DNA from: Clostridiales bacterium UBA7001
GTDB taxonomy: Bacteria > Bacillota > Clostridia > TANB77 > CAG-508
DNA length: 64,000 bases
Assembly: GCA_002449785.1 (NCBI GenBank)
Contig: DJXP01000004.1
Coordinates: 21,607 to 85,606, forward strand
Reading direction: 5' to 3'
Shown here: piece after piece, positions 35,609 to 44,884 of the stretch
Position numbering within the stretch: the stretch's first letter is position 1
How the letters are laid out: each line of letters begins with the position of its first letter
Made by a program: the position numbers and the translations under genes
Notes under the pieces: model-generated
Databases searched by the model: none
Seen by the model: the letters and a program-made list of their open reading frames with translations, nothing else
Told to the model about the DNA's origin: nothing

Positions 35609-36670
35609 ATGTTTCAGAAATTAGAAGATGTTGAAAAAAGATTTGAGGAACTTAATAAATTAATTTCAGATCCTGAAGTTATTTCTAATCAAAATGAATG
35701 GAAAAAACTTATGAAGGAACACAGCGATTTAGAAGATGTTGTATTAAAATATAGGGAATATAAAAAAGTAAAGCAAGATTTTGATGAAGCAAAAGAAATG
35801 ATGAATGATCCTGAAATGAAGGAACTTGCTGAAGATGAAATGGAGAAGGCAAAAGACTTGCTTCCTAAAATAGAAGAGGAATTAAAAATTCTTTTAATTC
35901 CTAAAGATCCAAATGATGATAGTAATGTTATATGTGAAATAAGAGCAGGTGCAGGAGGAGAAGAAGCTGCATTATTTGCTGGAGTATTATTTAGAATGTA
36001 TTCTATGTATGCTGAGAGAAAACATTTTAGTATACAAGTATTAAATGAAAATGAGACTGGAATTGGTGGATATAAAGAAATATCTTTTATGATAACAGGT
36101 AAAGGAGCATATAGTAGATTTAAGTTTGAGAGTGGAGTTCATAGAGTTCAAAGAGTTCCAGACACAGAAAGCAGTGGAAGAATACACACATCAACAGCAA
36201 CTGTTGCTGTTCTTCCTGAAGTTCAAGATGTAGAAGTAGATATAAATCCTGCAGACATTAGAATGGAAGTATTTAGAGCATCTGGAGCAGGTGGTCAGCA
36301 CATTAATAAAACATCATCTGCTGTAAGATTAATTCATGAGCCTACAGGTGTTGTTGCAGAATGTCAAACAGAAAGATCACAACTTCAAAATAGAGAGTAT
36401 GCAATGAGATTACTTCGTTCAAGAATTTATGAAATTGAAAGAGAGAAACAAGAAAAAGCTGTTGCTAGTGAAAGAAAAAGCCAAGTTGGAACAGGTGATA
36501 GAAGTGAAAAGATAAGAACCTATAATTATCCTCAAGGAAGAATAACAGACCATAGAATAGGACTTAGTATTTTTCAATTTGAGAACTTTTTAAATGGGGA
36601 TATGGATGAAATGATAGATAATTTAATTGCAACAGATAGAGCTGAAAAATTAAAAGGACATGAAGAATAA
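35609..36670 (+). CDS. prfA: Peptide chain release factor 1
   Basis: '[11 protein letters not shown]' (GGQ), '[26 protein letters not shown]' (P-x-T region), and full-length collinearity with RF1. Confidence 0.95.
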   Translation: MFQKLEDVEKRFEELNKLISDPEVISNQNEWKKLMKEHSDLEDVVLKYREYKKVKQDFDEAKEMMNDPEMKELAEDEMEKAKDLLPKIEEELKILLIPKDPNDDSNVICEIRAGAGGEEAALFAGVLFRMYSMYAERKHFSIQVLNENETGIGGYKEISFMITGKGAYSRFKFESGVHRVQRVPDTESSGRIHTSTATVAVLPEVQDVEVDINPADIRMEVFRASGAGGQHINKTSSAVRLIHEPTGVVAECQTERSQLQNREYAMRLLRSRIYEIEREKQEKAVASERKSQVGTGDRSEKIRTYNYPQGRITDHRIGLSIFQFENFLNGDMDEMIDNLIATDRAEKLKGHEE

Positions 36671-36677
36671 AATAAAA

Positions 36678-36716
36678 AAATCACTTTTAAATATTAATTA
36701 AAAGTGATTTTTTTAT
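36678..36716. terminator. Bidirectional rho-independent terminator between convergent genes
   Basis: AAAATCACTTTTAA / TTAAAAGTGATTTT stem flanked by an A-run and a T-run. Confidence 0.8.
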
Positions 36717-36730
36717 ATAGAAATATATAT

Positions 36731-37330
36731 TTAAAATTCATTATATTTTTTTATCATTTTAGATTGATATGGTATTAAAGATAGAAAAGAAATAGCACAA
36801 CCAATCTCTAAAATAATTGTAGCTGTAATTAGATTTGTTCTGTATGTATTATAAGTTGAAATCATTTGGTTATGAAGTGTTTCAACAAAATTTTCAGAAA
36901 ATATTTCTTTGTATTTTAATGTAGAATAATTAATTGTCATTAATTGATATTTTAAATTCATGTTTAATAATCCTAAAAATAAAATTATTGATGCTAAAAT
37001 TACTACTATAAAAAATATATTTAAAAATTTTGAGATATTTTTATAATTATCAGGATTGGTTTTACATTTTTTAAAAACATCATATGTACTCATTCTACAT
37101 ACGAGATGAATTATACAATAAACTAAAATTACAGCAATCATAGGTAGAGTAATATATAATCCTCCAGAACTAGTTCCGCTATAATTATTTAAAATAGAAT
37201 TTGCTATTGTAAGTATAATATAGCATATAAATATTGTAATTATTCCATATGATACAAATCCTGTAATTATTGCTTTAACAGTTGTTTTGGCTGTTATTTC
37301 TTTCTTTTCCATAGAACTCTCCTTAAGCAT
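36731..37330 (-). CDS. Hypothetical integral membrane protein with 4 predicted TM helices
   Basis: ORF of 199 aa with four long hydrophobic segments. No motif recognised. Confidence 0.55.
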   Translation of the reverse strand: MLKESSMEKKEITAKTTVKAIITGFVSYGIITIFICYIILTIANSILNNYSGTSSGGLYITLPMIAVILVYCIIHLVCRMSTYDVFKKCKTNPDNYKNISKFLNIFFIVVILASIILFLGLLNMNLKYQLMTINYSTLKYKEIFSENFVETLHNQMISTYNTYRTNLITATIILEIGCAISFLSLIPYQSKMIKKYNEF

Positions 37331-37452
37331 ATTAAATTTTTACAAAAAAATCATATCATAAATTAATTTTAATATCAACAGTTTTAAAAATAAGTAATAG
37401 AATTGTAATATACTATTAATTCTAAATTTTTAGATGGACAGACATAAGTAAA

Positions 37453-37482
37453 TAAAAAAAAAGGTAAATTATAATATTTACC
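37453..37482 (-). terminator. Terminator of the tRNA-Gly/tRNA-Cys transcription unit
   Basis: GGTAAAT/ATTTACC stem followed, on the minus strand, by a T-run of about 10. Confidence 0.65.
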
Positions 37483-37492
37483 GTTTTTTGTT

Positions 37493-37567
37493 TGGAGGCG
37501 CCTATCGGAATCGAACCGATGAATCAGAGTTTTGCAGACTCGTGCCTTACCGCTTGGCTAAGGCGCC
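37493..37567 (-). tRNA. tRNA-Cys (anticodon GCA), CCA encoded
   Basis: The reverse complement folds as a cloverleaf: acceptor GGCGCCT/AGGCGCC, anticodon loop CTGCAAA, T-arm ATCGG-TTCGATT-CCGAT, 3' TCCA. Confidence 0.9.
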
Positions 37568-37589
37568 AAAATATTAAAATGTAAAAAAA

Positions 37590-37665
37590 TGGAGCGGGAA
37601 ACGGGGCTCAAACCCGCGACCTTCGCCTTGGCAAGGCGACGCTCTATCAACTGAGCTATTCCCGC
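37590..37665 (-). tRNA. tRNA-Gly (anticodon GCC), CCA encoded
   Basis: The reverse complement has acceptor GCGGGAA/TTCCCGC, anticodon stem-loop TCGCC-TTGCCAA-GGCGA and T-arm GCGGG-TTTGAGC-CCCGT. Confidence 0.9.
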
Positions 37666-37683
37666 ATAACTAACAGCATAAAT

Positions 37684-37712
37684 ATAATAACAAAAAATAT
37701 GGGAAAAGTCAA
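37684..37712 (-). promoter_or_regulatory. SigA-type promoter for the tRNA pair
   Basis: On the minus strand: TTGACT (37712-37707), a 17-nt spacer, then TATTAT (37689-37684), about 20 nt upstream of the tRNA-Gly 5' end. Confidence 0.55.
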
Positions 37713-37856
37713 TATCTATAATATATAATATTTACAAAAGTTAAAAAAATTACTTTAATAAATAATTTTTTTATGATAGTATTATTACTACAAAATCGAA
37801 TAAAAATTTATAAAAAATGAATAATATATAGAAGATGATTAAAAAGGAAGGTAAAT

Positions 37857-39134
37857 ATGAACAAAGAAACTCTTGAATTAAAAGATGGAATTAAAGCACA
37901 TTTAATTTGTACAGATAAATATAAAACAGATATTGCTTGTATTATTTTAACAACAGAACTAAAAAGAGAAAGTGTTACTAAAAATGCTCTAATACCTTTT
38001 ATGTTGAAAAGAGGAACTCAAAAATATCCAAGTCAATATAAGATTAATGTAGAACTTGATAATATGTATGGAGCTAGCTTTAATTGCGGTGTTGATAAGT
38101 ACGGAGATAATGTTGTTTTAAAATTTTTTATAGAAACAATAAATAATAGCTATTCATTTAATAATGATAACATATTAGAAAAAAGTTTAAATATGTTATT
38201 AGATATAGTTTTTGACCCTGTTAAAGAAAATGGACACTTAAGTAGTGATATTTTTAATTCTGAGAAAGAAAATCTTAAAAAAATTATTGAAAGCAAGATA
38301 GATAATAAAGATGCTTATGCACTTGAAAATTGTATATCATCAATGTATGGTGAAGAGGGATTTGGATTATATAAATACGGATATGTTAATGATTTAGATA
38401 GTATTACAATTCAAAATCTTTCAGAATATTATAATTGGTTAATAGATAATGCAAAAATAGACATTTTTGTATCCGGAGATATTTCTAGAGAAAATGTTAA
38501 AAGTATTTTAGAAAGTAATGAATGTTTAAATAAATTAAAACCAAGAAGTAGTGCTTATATTTTGAATAATGAATCCACAGAAAGCAAACAAATTGTGGAA
38601 AAAGCAAGAGAAATCAAAGAAGAAATGAATATTTCTCAAGGAAAATTAGTAATAGGATTAGATATTTTAGAAAAAAAAGATAATTTTATTGCTACTGCTT
38701 TAGTTTATAATGCAATTTTAGGTGATGGTGCAAATTCAATGCTATTTCAAAATGTGAGAGAAAAAGAAGGACTAGCTTACTCTGCAAGAAGTTCATTTAT
38801 AAAACAAAAATCAAATATTTTTATTAGATGTGGGATAGAGATTGAAAATTATAAAAAAGCATTAGATAAAATAAAGGTTCAATTAGATAATATAAAAAAT
38901 GGAAAATTTTCAGATGAAGATATTGAAAATGCTAAAATATATTTAATTTCAGGTATTAAGACTATTGAGGAAGAACAAGATACAGAAATCGTATATTATA
39001 TTGGACAGGAAATTTCAAATACACATAAGAGTGTTCAAAAATATATAGAAGATATTAAAAGTGTTTCGAAAGAAGATATAATTGCTATTGCAAATTCTAT
39101 ACAAATAAATACAATTTATTTTTTAGCTAATTGA
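37857..39134 (+). CDS. M16-family (insulinase-like) peptidase, non-catalytic subunit type lacking HxxEH
   Basis: Length, architecture and paralogy with the downstream gene support the call. No HxxEH motif is present. It ends with TGA. Confidence 0.7.
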   Translation: MNKETLELKDGIKAHLICTDKYKTDIACIILTTELKRESVTKNALIPFMLKRGTQKYPSQYKINVELDNMYGASFNCGVDKYGDNVVLKFFIETINNSYSFNNDNILEKSLNMLLDIVFDPVKENGHLSSDIFNSEKENLKKIIESKIDNKDAYALENCISSMYGEEGFGLYKYGYVNDLDSITIQNLSEYYNWLIDNAKIDIFVSGDISRENVKSILESNECLNKLKPRSSAYILNNESTESKQIVEKAREIKEEMNISQGKLVIGLDILEKKDNFIATALVYNAILGDGANSMLFQNVREKEGLAYSARSSFIKQKSNIFIRCGIEIENYKKALDKIKVQLDNIKNGKFSDEDIENAKIYLISGIKTIEEEQDTEIVYYIGQEISNTHKSVQKYIEDIKSVSKEDIIAIANSIQINTIYFLAN

Positions 39135-39198
39135 TTTGAAATAATGGTTATAAGTTTTCCATAAAATTTAAATAATTATAAAGGAGTGTACGATTTAA

Positions 39199-40501
39199 TT
39201 GCAAATAATAGAAAATGATATAGTTAAGGAAAAAATATATATAGAGGAATTAGATAATAAATTAAAAGTAATAATAATACCTAAAAACACACGAAAAAAA
39301 TATATTGTTTGGAGTACTAAATATGGTTCAATTGATAACAAGTTTTATTCTTTAAATAATAATGAACTTGTATGTGTTCCAGATGGAATAGCTCATTATT
39401 TAGAACATAAACTATTTGAACAAGAAAATGGAAAAAACAGTTTAGATGTTTTAACTTCATTAGGAGTTGATGCAAATGCATATACAACTAATGATCATAC
39501 GGCATTTTTATTTGAATGTACTGAAAATTTTGATGAAGCTTTAGATGAATTTATGAATTATGTTCAAAATCCTTATTTTACTGAAGAAAATGTTGAAAAA
39601 GAGCGTGGAATAATTGAACAAGAAATAATGATGTATAAAGATTATCCTGAATGGGAACTTTATATGAATACACTAAAATGTATGTATAAAAATAATGAAA
39701 TAAATATAGATGTTGCTGGAAGTAAGGAATCCATTGCTTTAATCACACCAGAGACCCTATACACTATATATAATAATTTCTATAGCCCTGAAAATATGGT
39801 AATGGTACTTTCTCGGAGATTTTTTGCCTGAAGAGACTATTGGGAAAATAAAGAAAAGAATGACTCTTACTAAAAGGGAAAATGAGATAAAAAGAAAATA
39901 TAATGAAGAACCTAAAGAAATAGTGCAAAAATATATAGAAGAAAAAATGGATATTAGTATACCTGCTGTTATGATAGGTTATAAAGATAATAATGTAAAT
40001 CCGAATGATGTTAGAAAAGATTTAGCACTTCAAATTATAGGTGATATATTATTTGGTAAATGCTCAGATTTCTATGAAAAATTATATAACAAAGGATATA
40101 TAATAAGTCCACCATCATTTAATTATGAATTTTCAAAAACATATGCACATTTTTTGATTCAAGTTCAAACTGATTATATTGATGAAGTATTTAATATATA
40201 TTCAGAACAAATAGAATATTTAAAAAAATATGGAATTGATGATAATAAATTTGAAAGAGCAAAAAAGAAAGTGTATGGAGAATTAATAAGAGATTTTAAT
40301 GATGTCTCAGATATAGCTACAATAATTGTATCTGAGTATTTTAAAGGTATTTCACCATTTGACTATATAGATAATATAAATACAGTAAACAAAGAATATG
40401 TTCAGAAAATTTTTGAGGAAATATTTGTTGAAGAGATGAAAGTTATATCAGTAATAAAGCCAAATAAAGAGGAAAAAGATGAATCTAATAAAATTTCCTA
40501 G
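39199..40501 (+). CDS. M16-family zinc peptidase, catalytic subunit (HxxEH); the frame needs a +1 shift at 39814-39816, so pipelines would call it frameshifted
   Basis: 'GIAHYLEHKLFE' carries HxxEH. The pieces are 39199-39831 and 39824-40501. The +1 reading gives '...ENMVMVLSGDFLPEETI', which aligns with '...KIDIFVSGDISRENV' in the upstream paralog. Confidence 0.75.
39814..39816 (+). other. Frame-break site: in-frame CGG (TCT CGG A) overlapping the +1 Gly codon GGA
   Basis: (39814-39199)/3 = 205, so CGG is in frame. The zero-frame TGA is 5 codons later. Confidence 0.6.
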
Positions 40502-41276
40502 TATAAATTTAGAATTATATACTTCAAAAATTGCATTTTCAGTTTTTGGAATAGGCGTATATAAATATGCTATATGCATAGTTTTAGGTGCGATTTTAGG
40601 ATTAATTTTTTTAATGATTAATTCCAAAATCATTAATTATAAATATGAAGATTTAATAGAAAAATATGTAGTTACACTTATTATAGGAATTATTGGTGCA
40701 AGAGTTTTTTTTGTTTTATTCAGATTTGATGATTATAAAAATAATTTATTGCAGATTTTTTATATTCGCGATGGAGGGCTTGCAATATTCGGTGGCTTAA
40801 TATTTGGATTTTTATATTTATTTTTAACTTATAGAAAAGATAAACTTTTCGATATTTTGGATTTAACAGCACCATCAGTTTCAATTGCACAATGTATTGG
40901 AAGGTGGGGAAACTTTTTTAACATTGAAGCATATGGAACAGAAACTACATCATTTTTAAGAATGGGAATAAATACAATAAATGGCTATATAGAAGTACAT
41001 CCAACTTTTTTATATGAATCGATTGCGACTCTATTAATATTTATAGTTTTAGAAATAATTTTAAGAAGAAGAAAGTACAAAGGGCAAGTAGTAATTACAT
41101 ATTGCTTTTTATATTCGGCTTCTAGAAGTGTAATCGAAGGACTTAGAGTAGATAGTTTAATGATAGGAGCATTTAGAGTATCACAAATATTATCAATAAT
41201 AGTATTAATTTTTTCTCTTATATTAATTGTAAAAAATAGTCGAAAAATGTCTTACGAAAAAACGAACAAATACTGA
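40479..41276 (+). CDS. lgt: Prolipoprotein diacylglyceryl transferase
   Basis: 'GRWGNFFNIEAYG' (Lgt signature), 'HPTFLYES', and multiple TM helices. It overlaps the upstream gene by 23 nt. Confidence 0.9.
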   Translation: MNLIKFPSINLELYTSKIAFSVFGIGVYKYAICIVLGAILGLIFLMINSKIINYKYEDLIEKYVVTLIIGIIGARVFFVLFRFDDYKNNLLQIFYIRDGGLAIFGGLIFGFLYLFLTYRKDKLFDILDLTAPSVSIAQCIGRWGNFFNIEAYGTETTSFLRMGINTINGYIEVHPTFLYESIATLLIFIVLEIILRRRKYKGQVVITYCFLYSASRSVIEGLRVDSLMIGAFRVSQILSIIVLIFSLILIVKNSRKMSYEKTNKY

Positions 41277-41356
41277 TAATTTGTTGACTTTGCTGTAACA
41301 ATATGTTATTTTTAAAATATACAAAAAGAGAAAAATAATAAAAAGGGAGTGGTATT

Positions 41357-41509
41357 ATGTTAGATGATAAAATTTGTAAATTAAGAGAAAAATTAAATAA
41401 GTGTATATCAGATGGAGAAGATTATTCAGTTATTTATAAAGTAAGTGTCGAATTAGATGAATTAATTGCTCAATATTATGCTACTTCTTGTGAAATTCGA
41501 AATAATTAG
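41357..41509 (+). CDS. Spo0E-family sporulation regulatory aspartyl-phosphate phosphatase (50 aa)
   Basis: ATG follows AAAAGGGAG. 'SVELDELIAQYY' matches the Spo0E-family S-x-x-LD-x-LI motif. It is below the ORF-track size cutoff. Confidence 0.65.
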   Translation: MLDDKICKLREKLNKCISDGEDYSVIYKVSVELDELIAQYYATSCEIRNN

Positions 41510-41526
41510 AAGTGAAAATATAAGTA

Positions 41527-41558
41527 AAAGCACTAGTAATACTAGTGCTTTATTTTGT
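41527..41558 (+). terminator. Rho-independent terminator
   Basis: AAAGCACTAGT - AAT - ACTAGTGCTTT followed by a T-rich tract. Confidence 0.75.
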
Positions 41559-41580
41559 AAAAATGCAGTTTACATAATGG

Positions 41581-41609
41581 TTGACTTGGACTCAAAAATA
41601 TGATAAAAT
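41581..41609 (+). promoter_or_regulatory. SigA-type promoter
   Basis: TTGACT (41581-41586), a 17-nt spacer, then TAAAAT (41604-41609). Confidence 0.5.
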
Positions 41610-41652
41610 AGTTATAGTTTGAATAAAATGTATATATGGAGGAAAAATTAAT

Positions 41653-42549
41653 ATGGCTGGTAAACAAATAATTGCAGAATCATTTAATAGAAATGAACCA
41701 ATATTTCGTATGGCAATACAAGAAGAAAACGATAAAAAAATTGAAAAAGCTATAAAATCTACACATGATATGCGTATGGCAACTTCTTTGATACCGTTTT
41801 TTTCATCTGATGAATTGAGAGAAAAATATATGAGAGAATATAGCGAATATATTACTGATACAAATGAAAGGAAGACAAAGGCTTATTCTATAAGTAGTAT
41901 TGTATCTGAACCTATAAAAATTAAAGAAATGCGTAAAGCATATAATGGAAAAGTAGGAGAGTGTGGTGAGGAATTAGCAACTGTAATTGCTAGTTTTGAA
42001 TCTATGAGATTAAAACTTAAATTAATGGAGATGTTATTACATAGAAGAAATCAAGGAATAGTAATGGCAAGTTTACCTAAATGTGAGGAAACTAATAGAG
42101 CTATTGAACAATGGATTAAAGATAATTACTATACTGAGGAAACAGCTACAAGAGAAATAGAACAAGGAAGGGCAAAATTATATAATGTAGCTAGAAAAGA
42201 ATCTGAATATAGTTCTTTAGATTATGCAACAAGATTAGATATGTTATCTGATAAAAATATTCCTAGAGATACTAAATATGAAATAATTGATACATTGACT
42301 AGACCTAATGTATATGGAAAAAAAGATACTTTAAAAGCAATATCTGATATTGAACCAGAAGAATTTGATTTATTGCATGAGATGATGGTACAAACTGGTA
42401 AGCCATTAAAAGAATGTCTTAAAATTACATGTGAATATAATGATGGAAAAATTGCAGAAAAAGAAAAAATATTAGAAAAAGATAAAGAACTGGTTGCAGA
42501 AACAAATAAAGGGAAAGCAGATTTTGTTCCAGAAACACCTGTCGAATAA
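41653..42549 (+). CDS. Hypothetical protein of 298 aa
   Basis: ORF with RBS GGAGG. No recognisable motif. Confidence 0.55.
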   Translation: MAGKQIIAESFNRNEPIFRMAIQEENDKKIEKAIKSTHDMRMATSLIPFFSSDELREKYMREYSEYITDTNERKTKAYSISSIVSEPIKIKEMRKAYNGKVGECGEELATVIASFESMRLKLKLMEMLLHRRNQGIVMASLPKCEETNRAIEQWIKDNYYTEETATREIEQGRAKLYNVARKESEYSSLDYATRLDMLSDKNIPRDTKYEIIDTLTRPNVYGKKDTLKAISDIEPEEFDLLHEMMVQTGKPLKECLKITCEYNDGKIAEKEKILEKDKELVAETNKGKADFVPETPVE

Positions 42550-42577
42550 TTAGTATAGTTTTGGAGAAAAATAAATT

Positions 42578-42790
42578 ATGAGTAATGATGATTTTACAAA
42601 AAGGCTACAAAAAGATATAAAAGAAAAAAAGATTATGGATTCTATACTACAAAAAGTTAGAAATAATCCGGAAATTTTAGATACATTATCTGAAGAAAGA
42701 TTAGAACAACTAATAACTTTACAAAATAAAAAAATACGTGAATTAGATATTGAAATAAATGAAATAAATAGAAAAATCGGAAAGAGATAA
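42578..42790 (+). CDS. Hypothetical small coiled-coil protein of 70 aa
   Basis: ORF with RBS GGAG, co-oriented with and close to 41653-42549. Confidence 0.5.
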   Translation: MSNDDFTKRLQKDIKEKKIMDSILQKVRNNPEILDTLSEERLEQLITLQNKKIRELDIEINEINRKIGKR

Positions 42791-42819
42791 TTAAATTTAT
42801 TTAGTATTTGTAAAAAATA

Positions 42820-42860
42820 ATGTATATAGTTTTATTCTAAAAACTATATACATTTTTTTA
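42820..42860 (+). terminator. Rho-independent terminator
   Basis: ATGTATATAGTT / AACTATATACAT stem followed by TTTTTT. Confidence 0.8.
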
Positions 42861-42941
42861 TTTTTAATATATAATTATTTTGTGTAATTATATATTTAAT
42901 ATCGTATAGAATATAATATAGGAGGAAATAAACTTAAGATT

Positions 42942-44021
42942 ATGACTGGTTTACAACAGATGATTTCTTCAATTGATTTAGATCATTTGCTAAAAATATT
43001 TGATATTCAAATTGCAATTGGTGTACTAGTTTTATTTATACTATTAAGAGGAATGCTTGCTAAATTTTTAATTAAAATTAGCTATTTAATCATTAGAAGA
43101 AAAAAGAATCCAAAAGAAAGTTCAATGTATAAACCATTATGTGTATTTTTTGTTTTTCTTGGGGTGTATTGCAGTATAAACATTTTACCAACAAGTAAAC
43201 AAGTATTATATGTAATGAATAAGCTTTTTAGAATCGTTGTAATTTATTATATAACAAGAATTATAACGACTTTAATTGATGTTGATTCAGCTGTCTTGTA
43301 TAAATTTTTAAAAAAATCTAATAATACAGCTATAAATAAATTTTTGTGTAGCATAATTAGAGGCTTTTTATGGATTATATTTATTGTAATAGCATTTAAT
43401 GAATTAGGATATGATTTAAGTAAATTTAGTGGTTTAGCTGCAGGACTTGGAATTGGAAGTGCTGCAATAGCTCTTGCAGCACAAGATGTTGTAAAAAGCA
43501 TTTTAAGTGGTATTACAATTTTAACGGATAAACCATTTGTCGTAGGAGATTGGATAGAAGTAGGTGAGTTTCAAGGAAGTGTTATAGATATTACATTTAG
43601 AAGTACAAGAATAAAGTCGTTTAATAATGCAGTAATAACAATTCCAAATTCAACTATTACCTCAACTTATGTTGTAAATTGGAATAGACTAACAAGTAGA
43701 AGATTTGATTGTGTACTTAATTTAAGCTTAGAAACTCCATCAGATAAAATAAAGAAAATAGTTAAAGAAATTAAGCTTATGCTTCAAAATGACCCTAATA
43801 TTATTAAGGAAACAGTTGAAGTATCATTAAATGAAATAACACATTCAAGTAGCGATATAAAAATATTTTTATTTGTAAGAGAAGCAAATTACTCAAATTT
43901 TTTAAAAGCAAAACAAGATATATTATGTAATTTATTATATTTAATTGAAAAAGAAAATGTAGATTTAGCTTATCCGACACAAACACTATATGTAAAGAGA
44001 AAGGAAGAAATAGAAGAATAA
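42942..44021 (+). CDS. mscS: Small-conductance mechanosensitive channel (MscS family)
   Basis: TM region followed by 'LTDKPFVVGDWIEVGEFQGSVIDITFRSTRIKSFNNAVITIPNS', the typical MscS beta-domain. Confidence 0.85.
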   Translation: MTGLQQMISSIDLDHLLKIFDIQIAIGVLVLFILLRGMLAKFLIKISYLIIRRKKNPKESSMYKPLCVFFVFLGVYCSINILPTSKQVLYVMNKLFRIVVIYYITRIITTLIDVDSAVLYKFLKKSNNTAINKFLCSIIRGFLWIIFIVIAFNELGYDLSKFSGLAAGLGIGSAAIALAAQDVVKSILSGITILTDKPFVVGDWIEVGEFQGSVIDITFRSTRIKSFNNAVITIPNSTITSTYVVNWNRLTSRRFDCVLNLSLETPSDKIKKIVKEIKLMLQNDPNIIKETVEVSLNEITHSSSDIKIFLFVREANYSNFLKAKQDILCNLLYLIEKENVDLAYPTQTLYVKRKEEIEE

Positions 44022-44022
44022 T

Positions 44023-44877
44023 ATGAGTTTAGGAGTGGCACTAGCAGGTGGAGGCTTAAAAGGACTCGCACACATAGGAGCTTTGCAAGCATTAGAAGAA
44101 TTAGGTGTAAAAATAAATTATTTATCTGGAACAAGTTCTGGAAGTATGTTTGCATCTTTTTATGCAATGGGGTATAAAACAGATGAAATAAAAGAAAAAA
44201 CAATGAAATATTATAAAATGCTTACTAAAATAGAAAAAAGGCCGATTTTTAAAGCTGGTTTTACATATGTAACATCTGGAACTGCAAAAGTTGAGGGACT
44301 TATACCTGGTGAAAACATTGAGAAATTATTTTTTGAAGTAAGCAAAGATAAAAATATAAAAAATATGAGTGAAATAAAAATTCCGTATGCAATATGTACA
44401 GTAGACACAATATCAACAAAAGAATGTATATTTTTATCAAAAAAATATAATATAAAAAATGATGATATCGATTATATTTATGATGCACCTATAGATAAAG
44501 CTACTAGAGCTAGTATGTCTTTTCCGGGAGTATTTACACCATGCCAATATGGTAAATATAATTTTATAGATGGTGGCACTAAAGATAATTTACCAGTAAA
44601 AATATTAAAAGATATGGGAGCAGATAAAACACTAGCTCTTAGTTTTAAAATTGATGATTATGTTCCAAGAGAAGATATATTTGCAGTGCTTTTAAGGACA
44701 GTAGATATTTTCTCATTAAAAGATGTTAGAAAAGCACAAAAAGAAGCAGATTTAGCTATTGAAATAGATTGCAAAGGAACGACACTTTTAGAAATAACAA
44801 ATGCTGATGAAGTAATACAAACAGGATATAATACTATTATGGCTAATAAAAATAAAATATTAGAATTAATTAAATAG
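44023..44877 (+). CDS. Patatin-like phospholipase
   Basis: 'LAGGGLKGLAHIGALQALEE' (oxyanion GGG), 'GTSSGS' (GxSxG) and a 'DGG' catalytic Asp motif. Confidence 0.85.
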   Translation: MSLGVALAGGGLKGLAHIGALQALEELGVKINYLSGTSSGSMFASFYAMGYKTDEIKEKTMKYYKMLTKIEKRPIFKAGFTYVTSGTAKVEGLIPGENIEKLFFEVSKDKNIKNMSEIKIPYAICTVDTISTKECIFLSKKYNIKNDDIDYIYDAPIDKATRASMSFPGVFTPCQYGKYNFIDGGTKDNLPVKILKDMGADKTLALSFKIDDYVPREDIFAVLLRTVDIFSLKDVRKAQKEADLAIEIDCKGTTLLEITNADEVIQTGYNTIMANKNKILELIK

Positions 44878-44884
44878 ATTAGGA

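Noticed and set aside
36150-36200. The RF1 tripeptide region reads P-D-T instead of the commonly cited P-A-T/P-V-T
   Set aside because: The middle residue of PxT is variable among bacteria, and I cannot judge its rarity without an alignment. It is not enough for a claim.
40448-40633. 61-aa minus-strand ORF overlapping the M16/lgt junction
   Set aside because: It is antisense to two well-supported overlapping + strand genes, and nothing supports it as a coding sequence.
39132-41276. Possible UGA recoding (code 4/25) given the extreme AT content
   Set aside because: TGA terminates conserved genes at the expected lengths (M16 at 39132-39134, lgt at 41274-41276, and 52851-52853). No conserved gene needs read-through of TGA, so the standard code 11 stops apply.
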